Of a stretch of 64,000 nucleotides of DNA, positions 61,506 through 64,000 are shown piece after piece (the first letter of the stretch is position 1; every line of letters begins with the position of its first letter). This DNA comes from the human T2T-CHM13v2.0 reference genome, Homo sapiens, in the NCBI RefSeq assembly GCF_009914755.1, contig NC_060930.1; one strand, 5' to 3'. The notes under the pieces are model-generated. The model was not told where the DNA came from. It searched no databases and saw nothing but the letters and a program-made list of their open reading frames with translations. The translations under genes and the position numbers were made by a program.

Positions 61506-64000
61506 CTAGAAGCCATCCACAAGGTTTTCCTTGTAGACGTCATCACTGTAGACAATCTGGGTCCTCTTGTCCCGGTGGCAACCCTTAGGGCTGTTCTGGA
61601 CAGCTAGGGAGGGAGGAGAGGAACAGTTAAGGTCTAAAGGAGATCATAGAACAGACCCTGAGGCTGACTCCTGACCACCTCACTCCTGGCCACTGGCCCC
61701 TGGAAGCCCAGTTTCCACGCTGCCCTCTGGTGGCCAGGATGGCCTGTCTTCCTTAGCTCCTTTGTGCCAACCCATGGCCAAGAAAAGTATAAGTGGACAT
61801 TTTGATGAATGTTTTGTTCTTAGAAAAATCCCAAATGTCATTGTTGAGACACGTGAATGATATTAACCCACTACTTACAGTCAGTATGTCAGAAGCTAAA
61901 AACTAGAAAACCTCTGTAGCCCTTTTTTGACATGCTGGTCAATTCTAGTTCCTTTCTTTTGCCTGAAGGGCCACTGTAGCTGAGCCCTTCTTTCTGCTCA
62001 CTCCTTTCCCAGGAAAATCTACTTTCAGGGAAAATGGATTATTCACACTAAGAAATGCTACTAGCTCCACCAGAACTCATTCAGGGTGTAGCTTTGGCCC
62101 TCACCATTCTCTCTCAAGCCTCTAGCTGTTTCTTCCCCTTCCTCTTTCCTCCCTCCACCAGACATGTTACTCTCTTCACCCCATCCAATGGTTCCATCCC
62201 CACCACCCTTGAGCTACAGAGAATCTCTCTCACCCACTCCCATCCTGTGATCTCTGTGCCTCAACACTGCTGGCTACTCCCTCTTTCTCAAAGTGTGTGT
62301 CCTTTTGCTTCAGTGGCCCAGGCCCCTGCGGTGCTGCTCCCAGCCCTCCGACCCCTCCTCCTGTCTCCTTTGCTAACGTTAGGCTCAACGTTAGCCTAAC
62401 ATGTCAGGACAGCTGGGGACATGTGGGGTGTGAGGTGAACAGTCCTGTTTCCTAACATAGTCCCAGAGTACTCCTCAAACTGAGTCCTGGGTCGTTTTTT
62501 TTTCTCTGAAATCAGAGTCTCCCTGATGATCCTATTGTTTGGCAGCCACCCTGTGATGTGGATGACTTAATCTATGTTTTCCTTCCTTACCTCACACCTG
62601 AGTTCCAGATCCCTGATTTCGAATACTTATGAAACTCACTCTACTCCATCTCAAAATGAACAAGCCCCATGAGACACTCATCTTCCTCACCAATCTCACT
62701 CCAGCTCCCACTTTCTTCCCTGTTCCAGTCACTGCTTTGGAAGCTGTTTTCAATCCTTTTCTCTCCTTTCTTTACCTCTAACTGACAGAGGATCTGAAAT
62801 TTTCCTTCCCATTCCCATAGCCTCCGCACACACTCTGACCTCGATCATCTCTAGGAAACCCAAGGATGTGTGGGGGAACCAAAAGGAATGGCCTGTGGGG
62901 GAAAGGATGGGAAAGGAAGAATCCCATTCTTACCGAGGGAGCCCCAGACAGACTTGCCAGTAGCGGCATCCAGCATGGGCTGTTTTCGGGCTATGTTGAC
63001 TTTGAGCTGTACAGACTCCACCTGGGTCCCGTTGAGCTGAAGCAGAAGAGGGGAGGCAGAGGATGGGGAGGAAAACATTACAGATAAACCAAAGAAGTTA
63101 TTCCAGGAGTTGCTATCCTAGGAGGAGACTGAATAAGGAATCTGAGAATGTGAGTTTTTCTGTGTGAATAGGGAGAGGCTTTCTTTATCAAGAGGAACCA
63201 ACTTCTTCCTGGCATCTAGTATTTTGAGGAGAACACATGAGAACAGCAGAAGCGATGGGAAGAACAGATTTGGGAAGTTCCAACCTCAGCAACGGCCTGA
63301 TCTGCTGACTCCATCTTTTCATAGGTGACGAAGGCACAGCTGGGATAAGAGAAAACACGGTCAGTGGAGAGCCAAGGGGCTCTTCTGGACCCAACCAAAC
63401 CCAGTGATAATAGGCGGCTGCAGGGAGGGCAGCTTCTTCCCTCAGGTCTCACACCCCAGGATTCTCCCAGGACTTCTCATCATGCCCTGTTGTCATCCTT
63501 ACTTTCTGGGTGGGTCCATGGAGAGGTCAATGATGTTTCCAAAAGGAGAGAAGGCCCCACGGAGAAGGGTGGGTGTCATGTCTTCTCCATATACATAGAG
63601 AGTATTCCCTTTCCTAGGGGCTCGCCGTTCAGGGAATGAATCCGACCCTTTGGGAGCACAAATCATAGTCACAAGACATAGCCCATGCCACATTTCACTT
63701 AGTAGGACCCACATAAACCTCAGTTAAGGTCACCTTGACCTCCAGCCAAAATCACTCACTGCGGAAAGGACCCTCTCGGTCTCGGTCTCGATCCCGCTCC
63801 CGATCCCTGTCCCGTTCCCGGTCTCGATCTCGATCCCGATCCCGATCCCTGTCCCGCTCTCTGTCTCTGTCTCGATCCCGGTCTCGATCCCGCTCCCGAT
63901 CTCGGTCTCTGTCCCGGTTCCTCTCATGGCTGCGGTCCCGGCTGCGGCTTCGGGGAGGGGAGGCTGAGGAGTGGGCACCACTGCGTTCTTCATAGCCCCA
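61506..64000 (-). CDS. NELFE: Negative elongation factor E (RD protein), 3' coding exons (gene continues off the right edge)
   Basis: Exons (minus): >64000-63760 (RD repeat), 63647-63503 (SDSFPERRAPRKGNTLYVYGED, RRM), 63339-63285 (CAFVTYEKMESADQAVAE), 63036-62934, 61603-61506 (…IVYSDDVYKENLVDGF*). Confidence 0.97.
63773..63950 (-). repeat. NELFE: Coding hexamer repeat for the Arg-Asp (RD) dipeptide tract
   Basis: Repeated CGATCC/CGGTCT/CTGTCC units on plus, encoding (RD/RE)n on minus. Confidence 0.93.

Noticed and set aside
63735-63995. Plus-strand RS-repeat ORF resembling an SR protein
   Set aside because: It is the antisense reading of the NELFE RD repeat, with a non-ATG start and no RRM.
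61604-64000. Possible miRNA/mirtron in the NELFE introns
   Set aside because: No convincing pre-miRNA hairpin is visible. The NELFE-hosted miRNA I recall should lie further upstream in the gene, outside this window.

Overview
Human MHC class III DNA (chr6p21.3), identified from exon translations. In order: the 5' part of EHMT2 (G9a, minus strand, 7 coding exons plus an alternative RG-rich first exon), ZBTB12 (minus, single coding exon, 459 aa), a ~25 kb Alu/L1/LTR/Tigger-rich tract, complement C2 (plus, 18 exons, 2259 nt CDS, 752 aa, with an antisense SVA in intron 3), complement factor B CFB (plus, 18 exons, 2295 nt CDS, 764 aa), and the 3' part of NELFE (minus). All exon boundaries were read by hand, are GT-AG, and sum to intact frames. 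I see no wholly new gene system. The most unusual signals are: (1) scrambled copies of C2 exon 13 pasted into an Alu 4.2 kb upstream; (2) a second templated or snap-back insertion scar at 16.0-16.5 kb that copies 60 bp exactly from 2.1 kb away; (3) an antisense ATG-bearing exon inside the ZBTB12 BTB coding sequence, in phase with C2 exons, predicting signal-peptide-less C2; (4) CFB regulatory motifs inside the C2 3'UTR and an in-frame C2-CFB read-through splice option. Repeat family calls are by eye and approximate.
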